64,000 nt of DNA from NCBI GenBank assembly GCA_019057385.1, contig JAHQJS010000006.1:128001-192000 (forward strand), given 5' to 3'. Shown in pieces: positions 9,771 to 20,779 of this stretch. The position numbers and the translations under genes were made by a program. The stretch is from Candidatus Borrarchaeum weybense. Its GTDB lineage: Archaea; Asgardarchaeota; Sifarchaeia; Borrarchaeales; Borrarchaeaceae. The notes under the pieces were generated by a model, which was not told the DNA's origin, searched no databases, and was given only the letters and a program-made list of their open reading frames with translations. Positions within the stretch are counted from its first letter, which is position 1. Each line of letters begins with the position of its first letter.

Positions 9771-11453
9771 TTATAGCACATTATAAACGTAAATACTGTA
9801 TTCTCCTTGAAAGATTCTAACCAGGCTAAATTCTTTAGGATTTTCTAAAATATAATTGACATATTTGTCTAAGTTTTCATACATTGGCATATTTCCTGGA
9901 TCTGAAATAAGTAAATGTGAAATGTTAAGTTGTGTAATTAAATCTCTAAATTCATCAACAGTCAGTTCTCCTCTTGTTGTCCATAATACGTCAAAATATC
10001 TCGTTTCATGTTCTCGATCATGTTTAAGTATATAGAAAGTCATCGCCGATGGTGATATAGTTGGATTTAATGTCAATTGCATAGTTTTTGCTTTGTTTTC
10101 TACTAAAAATATGGCAGCGTCTTCCATTACAGTCTCGGATGTAGGCATCTGAGGATTATAAAAATAGGGATAAGGATGCTGCAGTGTATTTACCAATCCA
10201 ACAAGGAATATTATTGCGATTACAACGATTGTTCCTACATTAACAGTACTAGGACGATATTTTTTTACACGATCATGTATCTTAATCAGAGCACGCGCAG
10301 ATAGTAGAAAAATGACAGGAAATGCTAGTAGAAAGTATCTTGCTTCTCTATCTTGAATAAATGAGAAGATTATGTATATGACAAAATACCATGAAAGTAA
10401 TAACTTATCCTTCTTTGTCCTTCTGTAAATTGCATAACACAAGCCAATGAGTACTCCTCCCAATTCTGGAATTGTAAGTCCAATTCTTATAATATAGAAA
10501 AGCCATCCTTGAACTGTTACTAGGAAGGTGTGGGGCTCATTTGTTCCATAAGCTAACCAAATCTTAATCGAACCCGAAAATATAATGATGCCTGCTTGGA
10601 AGCTAATTAAGAGAAGAGCGGGGATTATGCCATAGAAAATCCATAAATTACTTTTCAGGGTCTTAATCAGTTTTTGGCAACATTCTAAAAGTCCTCGATC
10701 CTTTATTATATGCGCATAGTTTAGTATAAATGCTAAACTTATTACAAGAAGAAGAAGGATACTTGTAGGCTTCGTCATAAAGGCTAGGCCTACAAGTAAA
10801 CCAGTAAGAAATGATTGCTTTTTTGGATCTTGTTTTTTCTTTAACTTTTTCTTGGTGAGAATTAGTGAATAAATTGAAAGAGTGAATATCGTCGTTGCAG
10901 GAATGTCCAGGAGTGCTGTTTTTGAAAATGCGAAAAACACCGATGAAAATGCTAGAAAAAGCGCTGCAAGCAAACCAATACGTCTATCGAATAACTCTGC
11001 CCCTAAGAAGAAAGTTGTTAAGATACAGATATTTCCCATGATAATAATAACAAGATATGCAGAAGAATAGGAAATTCCTAAAATGAAATAAGAAAGCATG
11101 AAGAGGAATGGCACAAAAAGCCCGTAGTGAGCAATCGATCCACCAAGCGAGGCATACCATTCTAAATTAAATTTAAGAATATAATCATACAAAGCAAAAG
11201 GAGAAAAATTATGATCCCTTATGATGACATCTCGAATCATATCATGCAGGATAATTCCATTGCTAGCATGAGCTGCGCCATCCCAACTCATTTCTAGAAT
11301 CTTAAGATTATAAAGAAGAATATTATAAAGACAAACTACTAATATGAGAGAAATTGTGTAATAATTAAGATGTTTTTTGAGTGTTTCTTGAGTGAAACGC
11401 CCTAATCGAATTAGAAATTTCGTAAATGCTGAATTATTATCTTTACTGAGCAC
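9771..11453 (-). CDS. ArnT/PMT-like GT-C membrane glycosyltransferase
   Basis: WDGAAH, ALLDIP, GLAFMTK, EARYFL; many TM helices. Confidence 0.8.
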   Translation of the reverse strand: MLSKDNNSAFTKFLIRLGRFTQETLKKHLNYYTISLILVVCLYNILLYNLKILEMSWDGAAHASNGIILHDMIRDVIIRDHNFSPFALYDYILKFNLEWYASLGGSIAHYGLFVPFLFMLSYFILGISYSSAYLVIIIMGNICILTTFFLGAELFDRRIGLLAALFLAFSSVFFAFSKTALLDIPATTIFTLSIYSLILTKKKLKKKQDPKKQSFLTGLLVGLAFMTKPTSILLLLVISLAFILNYAHIIKDRGLLECCQKLIKTLKSNLWIFYGIIPALLLISFQAGIIIFSGSIKIWLAYGTNEPHTFLVTVQGWLFYIIRIGLTIPELGGVLIGLCYAIYRRTKKDKLLLSWYFVIYIIFSFIQDREARYFLLAFPVIFLLSARALIKIHDRVKKYRPSTVNVGTIVVIAIIFLVGLVNTLQHPYPYFYNPQMPTSETVMEDAAIFLVENKAKTMQLTLNPTISPSAMTFYILKHDREHETRYFDVLWTTRGELTVDEFRDLITQLNISHLLISDPGNMPMYENLDKYVNYILENPKEFSLVRIFQGEYSIYVYNVL

Positions 11454-11614
11454 TTTTTTACCTCATATGCGCTGGATGCAGATATAAGTTTTGCATTATT
11501 AACTAGAGGTCGTAGGAGATACAGAAAGATTGGTGATTTTCCCTGTAAATTAAATTATGCATTTTTTGAATAAACAATCCTTAAAACTATAATAAGGTTT
11601 CTTAGATGCTACAA

Positions 11615-12739
11615 TCAATTCTTAACACCATAAATCGTATAAAAGGGAGACAATCTAATGCCCTGCTTCTTTAATTTGGTAATAGAGAGATTCAAAAGAC
11701 TGTAAATTATTCTTCTTATGATGTCTTTAGATTCGGTATAATACCCATTTAGGACCTCTACCTTAATGCCTTCTTCTGCTAAAATTTCTTTTAATTTAAA
11801 CGGATCCATTAAATGTTCTGCCCAATTTCCGGTGTACGGGTCGCATGTATTTGTAGGATGGATTGGTTCTTTAGGTAGTCGACTTGTTTTAAGATATACA
11901 GATATGGTTTTTTCGATATCCTCTTTTATCATACCCCTAGTTGCTTTAGTCAGCCTTGCAATTTCCTCGTTGGTTAAACCTTCGAAATTAGAAATAATTT
12001 CTCTTCTAACTTTTGAATAAGCCTTTAGGCAATCCCTTTTCTTATGCCCTTTTATTTTAACTCTATCTGTATATTCTATTTCCCTTTGTTGTTTCATTAT
12101 TGATCTATTGATTATGGGATTTAACATATTTGCGCCTGAACTCATTACCACTGTTATTGATTTTCCAGGTAAAAACTTCATTTTTTGGAAAAATTTGGTT
12201 ATATCGTATATGTGTTCTATAACATCAGATGATGCTATAGCATTACAAGACATTGATTTTTTCCTTAGAAATTTGATTAAATCGTCAATTTCACCTTGAA
12301 TATAATAATCAATTTCATTTCCAATAATTTGGGCGATTGTTTTCGCATCTTTGCATGAAACATCATAAATATCGTTATAGATCACTGTACCAATATCACA
12401 TTCTTTAGCCAATAAACTTAATATTCCTGTTCCACCGCCATAGTCTATGAAGGTAAGTTTATTAAGAGACAAATTAGAAGTGCTTAAAGATAATGCTAAG
12501 ATATAAGAATATTTTTGCAATGTGCCATATAGGTCCTCTAAATAACTTTTTAGATATGTTCTATTATAATCCGAGATATCTAGTTCTTCAACTCTAAGAT
12601 TTTTAAGCCGTTTAAATAATCGCTCAGCAGCTGAATTTATAATTGACAAAGATTTGTGATCTTTTGGCAACTTCGCACAATTATACAAAAATTCCATAAA
12701 CATAACACCGGGTCTAGAAATGCAGATATCAGGGAACAT
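11615..12739 (-). CDS. SAM-dependent methyltransferase-like protein
   Basis: FIDYGGGTG motif I; DVIEHIYD. Confidence 0.7.
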   Translation of the reverse strand: MFPDICISRPGVMFMEFLYNCAKLPKDHKSLSIINSAAERLFKRLKNLRVEELDISDYNRTYLKSYLEDLYGTLQKYSYILALSLSTSNLSLNKLTFIDYGGGTGILSLLAKECDIGTVIYNDIYDVSCKDAKTIAQIIGNEIDYYIQGEIDDLIKFLRKKSMSCNAIASSDVIEHIYDITKFFQKMKFLPGKSITVVMSSGANMLNPIINRSIMKQQREIEYTDRVKIKGHKKRDCLKAYSKVRREIISNFEGLTNEEIARLTKATRGMIKEDIEKTISVYLKTSRLPKEPIHPTNTCDPYTGNWAEHLMDPFKLKEILAEEGIKVEVLNGYYTESKDIIRRIIYSLLNLSITKLKKQGIRLSPFYTIYGVKN

Positions 12740-12804
12740 TTTTCGAAAATATAAGATTTTTGAAGCACTAAAAATTTGTGTAAATACTTATTGAACATTA
12801 AACC

Positions 12805-14697
12805 TTAAAGAACATACAGAAAGATTCCTTGTTCTTCAGCATAAATTAAATTTGCTTCGTAGGGCACTTGAGACGTGTTTGAGAGTATCAATACGTCATA
12901 TCCTCTCAATTTTAATTCGTTGATTCTCTCTAATGAAGGATATCCAGGTAATGCAGTTCTGTCTGAATAAAACATTATTTTATAACTATCTATTTCATCT
13001 AATCCGTAAATTACAGTCTTTGGATCTGTGTTTTCTCTTATAAAATACCCCACTTCACGATATTGAAAGCGTTGATTAAACAAACATGCCCAACCTTGAG
13101 TAGTCCATCCAAGTAATGTAATGAGTGTGCCACTGATAAATAATAGTGAAATAAATAGTACAATAGATATTTTAACTCGCGGAAAAAATATGCGAGATTT
13201 TTTCATCTGCTTATTATAGAAAATATAGAGAAATGGAATTAGAACGGCTATTGAAATAAAGAAACTGCTCCCAAAGAATGAAAAATCCTGATTGAATTCA
13301 ATGAGCCGACTTACTATTAAAAAATACTGTTTTCCTAAGACATTTTTACTAAAAATCCAAAATGGTCCGAATAAACATGCGCCGATTAAATAAACAAAAA
13401 ACAGTATAAGTTTGATCACAAAAGTCTTTTCCTGTTTTATCCTAATAATATAAGGATATTTTGTGGAATCAATTAGTAGAAATGAAAACAGAAGAACTGA
13501 AAAAGGAATCATTATGTATTCGAAAATCAAAAAGCGCTCTTGAATCTCATTAATCACCCAAATAAAGGTAAATGCTACTAAAAAGAGATGGAACAATGAA
13601 AAACCCTTTTGCCTTATAAGATCAGTTTGATCGCTTAAAAAGTTAGAGATTATTATGTAGAAATATGGATAGATCGGAAAAAGAAAATGGGGAAATTTTG
13701 ATTTAGCGAGAGAAAAAATAATAATGCTTGGGAGAATTAAAGACAACAAATATAGATCTGACATTGAAAATGAGTGTTTAATTCGTTTAAAATGAGTAAT
13801 GAATCCTAAGATAAACAAGATGAATAAAGGCCCTAACAAATTTTCGTTTAATATCTCCAAATGATAATACCAAGGTCCTGATGGCGCTAAACTTACAGTT
13901 AAGTGCGTGAACAACTCTGTTGGGTACACCCGCCCATATTGAAGAAATGAATTTATCTCCCACGGAATTATTATCAGAGAAGAGACTATTATGACATACA
14001 GTAAAAGTGTATATGATTCTCTTCCCACCTTATTTTTTAACTTTTTGTAGAATAAACTTATGACTAACGCGAGGATGGGTATAAAACCAACAAATGACAA
14101 CGATAAATAACTAATTCCGCTAAAAAGTCCCGCAAATATATAGAAAATATTCTTTCTCTCTTGATAACTAATAATAATACATAATACAGTAAGTTCAAGC
14201 CAAAAACTAAAGATAGCAAAAATTCCACCTGGTATCCAGGTACCGCGATCAAATAATACGGTTATGGGACAAATTGCTTGAATAAATGCAGCCAAATATC
14301 CTGTTCTTTCCCCGAATAATCTTCTAGAAATCAAGAAGGTGATAAAAAGGGAACAAGTACCTAATAGAACAGCTGTAATTCTGTATCCAAACTCATTTGG
14401 ACCAAAAATAAACATGAATAGTGCTATCAACCAAAAACTAAATGGCGGCTTATTGAGCCAAACATGAGCTTTAGGCCAATCTCTCCAACCACCGTTTTTA
14501 ACTGGTGCTAAATAGGGGTCATCGAACAAAGTCAATCTACTAAAATGTTTCATAGCATTATTAGCAACTATAGCATGCTCTACCTCATCACCTACTTTCA
14601 TTAATGGATACCCTACATTATAAACCCGTAAGAGAAACCCTAATGCTACTATCAGTATGAGCAATATGAAGGATGTATATTTATTGTATTTTTGCAT
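12805..14697 (-). CDS. ArnT/PMT-like GT-C membrane glycosyltransferase
   Basis: GDEVEH, NKPPFSFWL, FGPNEFGYR, PWYYHL, KFPHFL. Confidence 0.82.
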   Translation of the reverse strand: MQKYNKYTSFILLILIVALGFLLRVYNVGYPLMKVGDEVEHAIVANNAMKHFSRLTLFDDPYLAPVKNGGWRDWPKAHVWLNKPPFSFWLIALFMFIFGPNEFGYRITAVLLGTCSLFITFLISRRLFGERTGYLAAFIQAICPITVLFDRGTWIPGGIFAIFSFWLELTVLCIIISYQERKNIFYIFAGLFSGISYLSLSFVGFIPILALVISLFYKKLKNKVGRESYTLLLYVIIVSSLIIIPWEINSFLQYGRVYPTELFTHLTVSLAPSGPWYYHLEILNENLLGPLFILFILGFITHFKRIKHSFSMSDLYLLSLILPSIIIFSLAKSKFPHFLFPIYPYFYIIISNFLSDQTDLIRQKGFSLFHLFLVAFTFIWVINEIQERFLIFEYIMIPFSVLLFSFLLIDSTKYPYIIRIKQEKTFVIKLILFFVYLIGACLFGPFWIFSKNVLGKQYFLIVSRLIEFNQDFSFFGSSFFISIAVLIPFLYIFYNKQMKKSRIFFPRVKISIVLFISLLFISGTLITLLGWTTQGWACLFNQRFQYREVGYFIRENTDPKTVIYGLDEIDSYKIMFYSDRTALPGYPSLERINELKLRGYDVLILSNTSQVPYEANLIYAEEQGIFLYVL

Positions 14698-15226
14698 CTA
14701 ACATCGCCATATATTCTTAGAATGAGTGCCCGAGATTCTTAATTTTTAATAATAGACTCGTAAATCTTCGAAGGTAGCAAATACAACATCAATATTTTAA
14801 TTTGTTGGTAATAAATTCGTTAAATTTCATTGAAGATCTCTTAGGTGTCGAAGAATTTAATTGCTTTTTGTCTGGACGAAAATATAAAATTTCATTAGTT
14901 TATGAAATTGAGGATACGTCAAGTAAATGAGATGGCTATTGAAAGCGTGTTTAGAATCTCCATATAGACTAGTAACGAATTGATTTTAATCTACTTTACT
15001 CGTAAAAACCATTGACGCCCTCATCAAAAGAATTCTGTTTTATTTTTTGTTAATAACTACAACAATCTTTATGATCTCTGTTTCTCCTAAGAAGCATTAA
15101 TATAGATCAATTGATTAACCTTGAGAATAAATTCCCTTATAAGTTAAATACAGTCTTCAAACAATGCTAAAAAGCGTGAACATGATATTTTAAGAGAATT
15201 TAGAGCCCTTATGAAAGGCGGGGTTT

Positions 15227-16525
15227 ATGAGAAAAAATGAACTCTATATGATATTCTTCATAATTTTCGTGAATTTCGTGTATTTTGTTATTGTGTTTTC
15301 AACGTTTTCAATAGCGGAAAGCAAATGGTACATGTTTACATGGCTTGCTGAATGGCTTGATTATAAGATAATTTTAATGAGATCATCTAAAATAGAACGG
15401 TTCCAATATCTGTTTGAATTTCCTGTTTTAGGAGTAGCATATCTAATTGGGGTAGGACAAGCGGCAGTTACCACTAGATCTCTAATGGCGTCACGTATAC
15501 CTTTTTTACTTCCATTTCATTATCATGTGATATATATGGGACTGCTTAACGTGTTATTTGAAATTATTACTGTTATTTTGACAATGCGACTGGTTTCACG
15601 TTATTTTGAAAGGATCTATGCTTCAAATATAATGTTTATTTTCATTCTATTACCTGTAGTTTGGTGGATAACTATAAGTCGATGGGAATTGCTTCCTATG
15701 GCCTTTATTGTTTCCACTTTATATTTCGCCGTTGAAAATAGGCCTTGGTATGCTTGGATATCGATCACCATAGCCATTTTGACGAAATTCTATCCAATAT
15801 TATTCACAATTCCGTTGATATGGTATTATTTCGAACGCGATGGTTTCAAAAAAACGGTAATATATGTGGGGAGCATACTTGCCTTAACAGTGTTAATTCA
15901 CATTCCATTTTATTTAATCTTTGGGACGAAAATTCTTTCCGGGATTTTCTTTCAAGCAACTAGAATATCTGTACCATACTCGATTTGGTATTGGATCTTC
16001 TTGATATCTAGAGGAAATGAGTTAGTATCTGTCATTTCAGTTTGGATTCAGGTAGGGAGTATATTCATCTATGTTCTAGCAGATTATTTTTACGAAATAA
16101 AAAAAGAGAACCCGCTCAGTACGGATAGGGCTTTAATAAAAAGATTTTCAATTGTTAGTTTAATTTTTTTGTTGACTTTCAAGATGGCGGGATATCAATA
16201 CGTCGTATATGCATTCCCATTTGTATTAATTTTCATGAATTGTTTTAAAAAATTCACCTATTTTGCTTTCTGGATTATTGCATATCATATAACCACTTAT
16301 CTAACGATCATTATCTACGGGTTGGCTTTCTTATCAAAAAGGTTAGAAGTGACAGCTACTATATTTTTTTCCATGTCAATAACCTATGTTGTTCTTTATA
16401 TGGTCGCGATTGCCTTAATCCATTTCAACAAAAATCTATACGAAAATAGGATTTCAATTTTGAACGATAAGGAATTCATATTACAGCTGTATCATTTTGT
16501 GAAGAAAGAGAAATCCCATAAATGA
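15227..16525 (+). CDS. GT87/DUF2029-like membrane glycosyltransferase
   Basis: FEFPVL, SRWELLP, LTKFYP, KMAGYQY motifs; multi-TM. Confidence 0.7.
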   Translation: MRKNELYMIFFIIFVNFVYFVIVFSTFSIAESKWYMFTWLAEWLDYKIILMRSSKIERFQYLFEFPVLGVAYLIGVGQAAVTTRSLMASRIPFLLPFHYHVIYMGLLNVLFEIITVILTMRLVSRYFERIYASNIMFIFILLPVVWWITISRWELLPMAFIVSTLYFAVENRPWYAWISITIAILTKFYPILFTIPLIWYYFERDGFKKTVIYVGSILALTVLIHIPFYLIFGTKILSGIFFQATRISVPYSIWYWIFLISRGNELVSVISVWIQVGSIFIYVLADYFYEIKKENPLSTDRALIKRFSIVSLIFLLTFKMAGYQYVVYAFPFVLIFMNCFKKFTYFAFWIIAYHITTYLTIIIYGLAFLSKRLEVTATIFFSMSITYVVLYMVAIALIHFNKNLYENRISILNDKEFILQLYHFVKKEKSHK

Positions 16526-16633
16526 GAAAAAGAAGGAATCAAGAAATTTTATTTTATGACTATGTTTGATATCTGATAGGATCTGTAAAAATGACCAAAG
16601 TCCACTTGCGACAGATGTGCTTTATAGAAAAAT

Positions 16634-17344
16634 CTAGATAGAAATTCTATGAAAAATTTCCTTAATGAGCGGCCTTAAAATATGCCACCAACTTAAGATA
16701 GGTTTCATTTTGGAGTAGCCTAATTCCTTAAAATACATCTTGGTAACTGGGACTTCTGTGATTTTATAGCCCTTTTTGATTGTCTGTAGAAGTAAATAAG
16801 GTTCTAGTTCATATCTATCCAACCAGTGCTGATGAAGATTAATTTTTTGATCTTTTACTATTTTAGTACGGAATGCTCTGTATCCATTAGAGGCATCCGT
16901 TATTTTAACTCCTGCAACTATCTTAAAAAAAAGACTGAATAGATATGTAGTAATCTTCCGGAAAATGGGAAAATTTACTACTGCCCCATAAAACCTAGAT
17001 CCTTGTACAAAATCATATGTATCATTTAGTATAGGCGAAATCACACGATTTATTTCATGTGGGTCGTCTTGTGCATCTCCACCCATTACAACACAAATGT
17101 CGAAGTTATTTTGTACCGCATAGTCGATACCTGTCCTGATAGCAGCGCCTACTCCCTTATTTTTAGGATGAGATATGACTGTTGCACCACTTTTTTCAGC
17201 TACAATCGCTGTCTTGTCGCTACTACCATCATCTATTACTATTACTTCGTCTACAAGTCCTTCTGCGTATTTTAGAATGCCACTAACTACTATACCTATT
17301 TTTTTTTCTTCATCCATAGCAGGAATAATTACAATTGTACTCAT
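16634..17344 (-). CDS. GT2 glycosyltransferase
   Basis: IIPAMDEE, DDGSSD, NKGVG, QGSRF. Confidence 0.9.
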   Translation of the reverse strand: MSTIVIIPAMDEEKKIGIVVSGILKYAEGLVDEVIVIDDGSSDKTAIVAEKSGATVISHPKNKGVGAAIRTGIDYAVQNNFDICVVMGGDAQDDPHEINRVISPILNDTYDFVQGSRFYGAVVNFPIFRKITTYLFSLFFKIVAGVKITDASNGYRAFRTKIVKDQKINLHQHWLDRYELEPYLLLQTIKKGYKITEVPVTKMYFKELGYSKMKPILSWWHILRPLIKEIFHRISI

Positions 17345-17371
17345 TGGTATCAGTCATGTTAGTGGTGGATA

Positions 17372-18457
17372 TTAGCGGTAAAATTCTCTGATTTTCTCTG
17401 CAACAAACTGTACATCTTCTTGTGTAAGTGCAGGATGAACTGGGAGCGATATTATCTTATTAGCAATTTTTTCGCTTATAGGATACATTCCTGAAGTAAA
17501 ATGCAATCGATCAATATATGATGGCTGGAGATGAATCGGGATAGGATAATGTATGCCCACACCAATTTCATTCTTGGTCAAGAATTTTACTAATTCATCT
17601 CGTTTTTCGCATTGAATTACATATAAATGGTAAACGTGATATGCCCATTCCTTTTCGATCGGTTTAATAACACTTTCTTCTAAGAGCTCATTGTATAAGG
17701 CTGCATTTGCCCTTCTTTTCTTATTCCAGTTATCTAACTCTTTGAGTTGTTCTCTTCCAATTGCTGCTGAGATTTCACTAAGACGGGCAGTAAATCCAAT
17801 GAGATCATGTCTATTTTTCACCCTCTGACCGTGACTTCGTAACATCTGGATTTTCTCAGTAAATTCCTCGTTGTCTGTCACGACCATTCCACCATCTCCA
17901 CAAACCGTCATATTTTTAGAAGGATAAAAACTAAAGCATGCAAGATCACCAAGCGAGCCTGTAGGTTTTCCTTTGTATTTTCCACCGTGAGCCTGACAGG
18001 CATCTTCAATTACGGGAATATCATACTGTGTGGCTAACTCAACGATCGGATCCATATCCGCTGGGTGTCCATAGAGATGTACGGGAATTATAGCGCGTGT
18101 TTTATTCGAGATTTTTTCTTCTAATTTATCTACATCCATAGTATATGTAATAGGATCGATATCCACAAATACAGGGGTAGCATTAGTATGTATAATTGAG
18201 TTTGATGTCGCTATAAAGGTATTTGGTACGGTTATAACTTCATCACCCGCAGTGATTCCTGCAGTTAATAGAGCTAAGTATAAAGCTTCAGTACCTGAAC
18301 TTACACCAATCCCATACTTTGCTCCACAATAAGCTGCGAATTCCTCTTCGAATTTGTGAACATTCTCGCCTAAGATAAATGAGGTGGTCGATAATACGTT
18401 TAATACAGCCTCTTTTTGCTTTTCAGTCACGATAGGCTTTCCGAAAGGTATCATCAT
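17372..18457 (-). CDS. DegT/DnrJ/EryC1 PLP sugar aminotransferase (WbpE-like)
   Basis: SSGTEAL, IEDACQAHG, SFYPSKN PLP-lysine motif. Confidence 0.93.
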   Translation of the reverse strand: MMIPFGKPIVTEKQKEAVLNVLSTTSFILGENVHKFEEEFAAYCGAKYGIGVSSGTEALYLALLTAGITAGDEVITVPNTFIATSNSIIHTNATPVFVDIDPITYTMDVDKLEEKISNKTRAIIPVHLYGHPADMDPIVELATQYDIPVIEDACQAHGGKYKGKPTGSLGDLACFSFYPSKNMTVCGDGGMVVTDNEEFTEKIQMLRSHGQRVKNRHDLIGFTARLSEISAAIGREQLKELDNWNKKRRANAALYNELLEESVIKPIEKEWAYHVYHLYVIQCEKRDELVKFLTKNEIGVGIHYPIPIHLQPSYIDRLHFTSGMYPISEKIANKIISLPVHPALTQEDVQFVAEKIREFYR

Positions 18458-19086
18458 TACATCTCCTGATAGGGTTTCTCAATAATACCGGATTTGCATT
18501 CAATTTCAGTAATCTTTTTTATGAACTTTGCTGGATGTCCCATAACAACTGAATTTGGAGGAACATCTTTTGTGACCAATGATCCTGCGCCGACCAATGA
18601 ATTTTCTCCAATGGTCAATTTTGGCAGTATTGTAGAATGTGCACCAATCCTGGCATATCTCTTGATGATTGGACCCTTCATACATTTTGCACAGGGCGGA
18701 TGGGGGTCATTAGTTAACACTACATTCGGTCCAATCCAAGCGTTATTTTCTATTACGGTATACTGTGGGATGAAGACATTAGAGTGAATTCTCACATTAT
18801 TTCCAATATTATTATCGTTCTCAAGGACACTATTCGTTCCAATAGAGCAATCATTACCTATTATATTCCCTTCTCTTATCATTATTCCGTGTCCTGTTTC
18901 TAGCCCACTGCCAATTTCTGTGCCGGCATAAATAATTGAATGTGAACGTATATGTGAATGATCTCCAATCGTAGTTGCTAATTCACCTGGTTTTTTCCCA
19001 CGTGGCGGTGCGCCAATTATGACGAAATCTTCAATCACTACATCTGTTCCGAGTTGAACATTTGGATAAATCTTAAGAAACTCCAC
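18457..19086 (-). CDS. Hexapeptide-repeat N-acetyltransferase (WbpD-like)
   Basis: Left-handed beta-helix repeats, GPNVVLTND, GAGSLVTKDVP, GHPAK. Confidence 0.88.
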   Translation of the reverse strand: MEFLKIYPNVQLGTDVVIEDFVIIGAPPRGKKPGELATTIGDHSHIRSHSIIYAGTEIGSGLETGHGIMIREGNIIGNDCSIGTNSVLENDNNIGNNVRIHSNVFIPQYTVIENNAWIGPNVVLTNDPHPPCAKCMKGPIIKRYARIGAHSTILPKLTIGENSLVGAGSLVTKDVPPNSVVMGHPAKFIKKITEIECKSGIIEKPYQEM

Positions 19087-19087
19087 T

Positions 19088-20083
19088 TTATTCCCTCAAA
19101 TCAACTGTTTTTTTCTCCTTTATGGATTTATATGTCGCCTCGATGATCTTAATTACTTGTAAACCAACTTTTCCATCCGTTAGAGGCTGTTTCCTGTTTT
19201 CGACGCATTCTAGAAAATGAGCAAGTTCCAGTTTGAGTGGTTCTAAGTTCTGTATATATGGTTTGTATGTATCGCCCTCTCGAGTAATAAGTTTAAATCC
19301 ACCAAAGGAATCATATTCTGGGACAACACCAATATCATAAATTTCAATATCTTGCGACATGTAGTCCAAGCTCGCACTTTTTTCTTGCCCGACTACCCAC
19401 AAATCTCTTATTTTCTTTGGAGTAAGCCAACTGACCTGAATATGAGCAAGGATTTTGTTTGGAAAGCGAAGTGTAACCATTCCCACATCTTCATATGGCT
19501 CTCGTAAGTATGGCGTTCCTATTGCTGTAACTTCAATGGGCAAATCGTTTAATAAAAAACAAAACACATCAAAATCATGGAGTGCAAAGTCGAAGATAAC
19601 GCCACAATCATCTCTTGGCGTTCTTAATCCCATTCTTGAGCCGTACAAAAAGAATATTCTACCAAAGTTATCTTTACTGATTTCATCTTTCAATTTTCTT
19701 ACGGCAGGATTAAAACGAAAGATGTGTCCTACCATTAAGGTTTTCTTCTGTTTTTCAGAAATATCAATCAGTTTTTGAGCGCTTAATGAGTCCAAACACA
19801 TGGGTTTTTCCACAAGAACATGTTTTCCTGCCTCTAAACACTCTCTTACAATTTCAAAATGAGTTGAGCTAGGTGTACATACACTCACGGCCTCTATCTC
19901 TGGATTATTTAAGATATCACGATAATCATTTGTCACAGCTACTTTGTATGTTTTATTGAGTTTTTTCAGCCTCATACCGCTTAAATCTGCTACCATGACT
20001 AAATTTGAATTTTCCAACTCTCTATATACCCGTGCATGGTTTTTTCCCCATTCACCAACACCAAGCACTCCAATTTCAACCAT
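19088..20083 (-). CDS. Gfo/Idh/MocA oxidoreductase (WbpB-like sugar 3-dehydrogenase)
   Basis: GVGEWG, GKHVLVEKP, DFALHD. Confidence 0.9.
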   Translation of the reverse strand: MVEIGVLGVGEWGKNHARVYRELENSNLVMVADLSGMRLKKLNKTYKVAVTNDYRDILNNPEIEAVSVCTPSSTHFEIVRECLEAGKHVLVEKPMCLDSLSAQKLIDISEKQKKTLMVGHIFRFNPAVRKLKDEISKDNFGRIFFLYGSRMGLRTPRDDCGVIFDFALHDFDVFCFLLNDLPIEVTAIGTPYLREPYEDVGMVTLRFPNKILAHIQVSWLTPKKIRDLWVVGQEKSASLDYMSQDIEIYDIGVVPEYDSFGGFKLITREGDTYKPYIQNLEPLKLELAHFLECVENRKQPLTDGKVGLQVIKIIEATYKSIKEKKTVDLRE

Positions 20084-20469
20084 AAAATCGCCTCATTGTA
20101 TATTTATAATGTAATCGTACACATCCTATTGATCCTGTCGTGAAATACATCTACGTCCGCTTATGTTGTGTAAAATGGTAAAACAAAAGGTATGTCAAGT
20201 ATTTTGTGGCGTATCTGTTTTATTTCGTGACCAACTCTCAGTAGTTTGATTTATAAGTATTTTTTTGCGAATTACTAAAAATAGCAATCTTTCATCTAGT
20301 TGAAAAAAGATCTAAAATGAGTCTCTGTGAGCTCTTTTTTCATAATAATTGCTCTTATCTTGTTAATGTTTTATTGTATATCAATCTTATAAACTTTGGT
20401 GAATACTCTGCTCTTATATCGGTACTTACTCATTCGAATATTGATATGCTAATGACCTTAACCACTAAC

Positions 20470-20514
20470 TTTAAATATGGCAGTAAATGAACTTATTATG
20501 TCACCAAAAGTGAC
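20470..20514 (+). promoter_or_regulatory. TATA box plus GTCAC-N5-GTGAC operator upstream of grpE-dnaK-dnaJ
   Basis: TTTAAATA at 20470-20477; palindrome at 20500-20514 over the expected start site, same architecture as HSR1 CTAAC-N5-GTTAG. Confidence 0.55.
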
Positions 20515-20702
20515 TTAGTTAATCTGCTATAAAATGAACACATTTTGTATAAAAATCAATAAGAAGTAATAAAGCAACAGATTAAATATTTTTCTAAATT
20601 AAAAGATGATATTTAATCGTGAAAATATGTATAAAACACCCAAGTAAAAAGAAAATCAAATATTAATGTTTAACTTAAATGAAAAGTAAAATTTATCTAT
20701 AT

Positions 20703-20721
20703 GCGTCTATTAAATAGACGC
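20703..20721. repeat. Perfect inverted repeat GCGTCTATT-A-AATAGACGC in grpE leader
   Basis: 9-bp arms seen directly. Confidence 0.7.
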
Positions 20722-20779
20722 TTCTGTATTAAAAAAGCATAGTATAGTTTGTTACTCTTGATTGAGTGGAGGCTCACAA

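Noticed and set aside
14698-15226. Possible gene relic in a long intergenic region
   Set aside because: Only short frames with no recognisable similarity; consistent with a divergent promoter region
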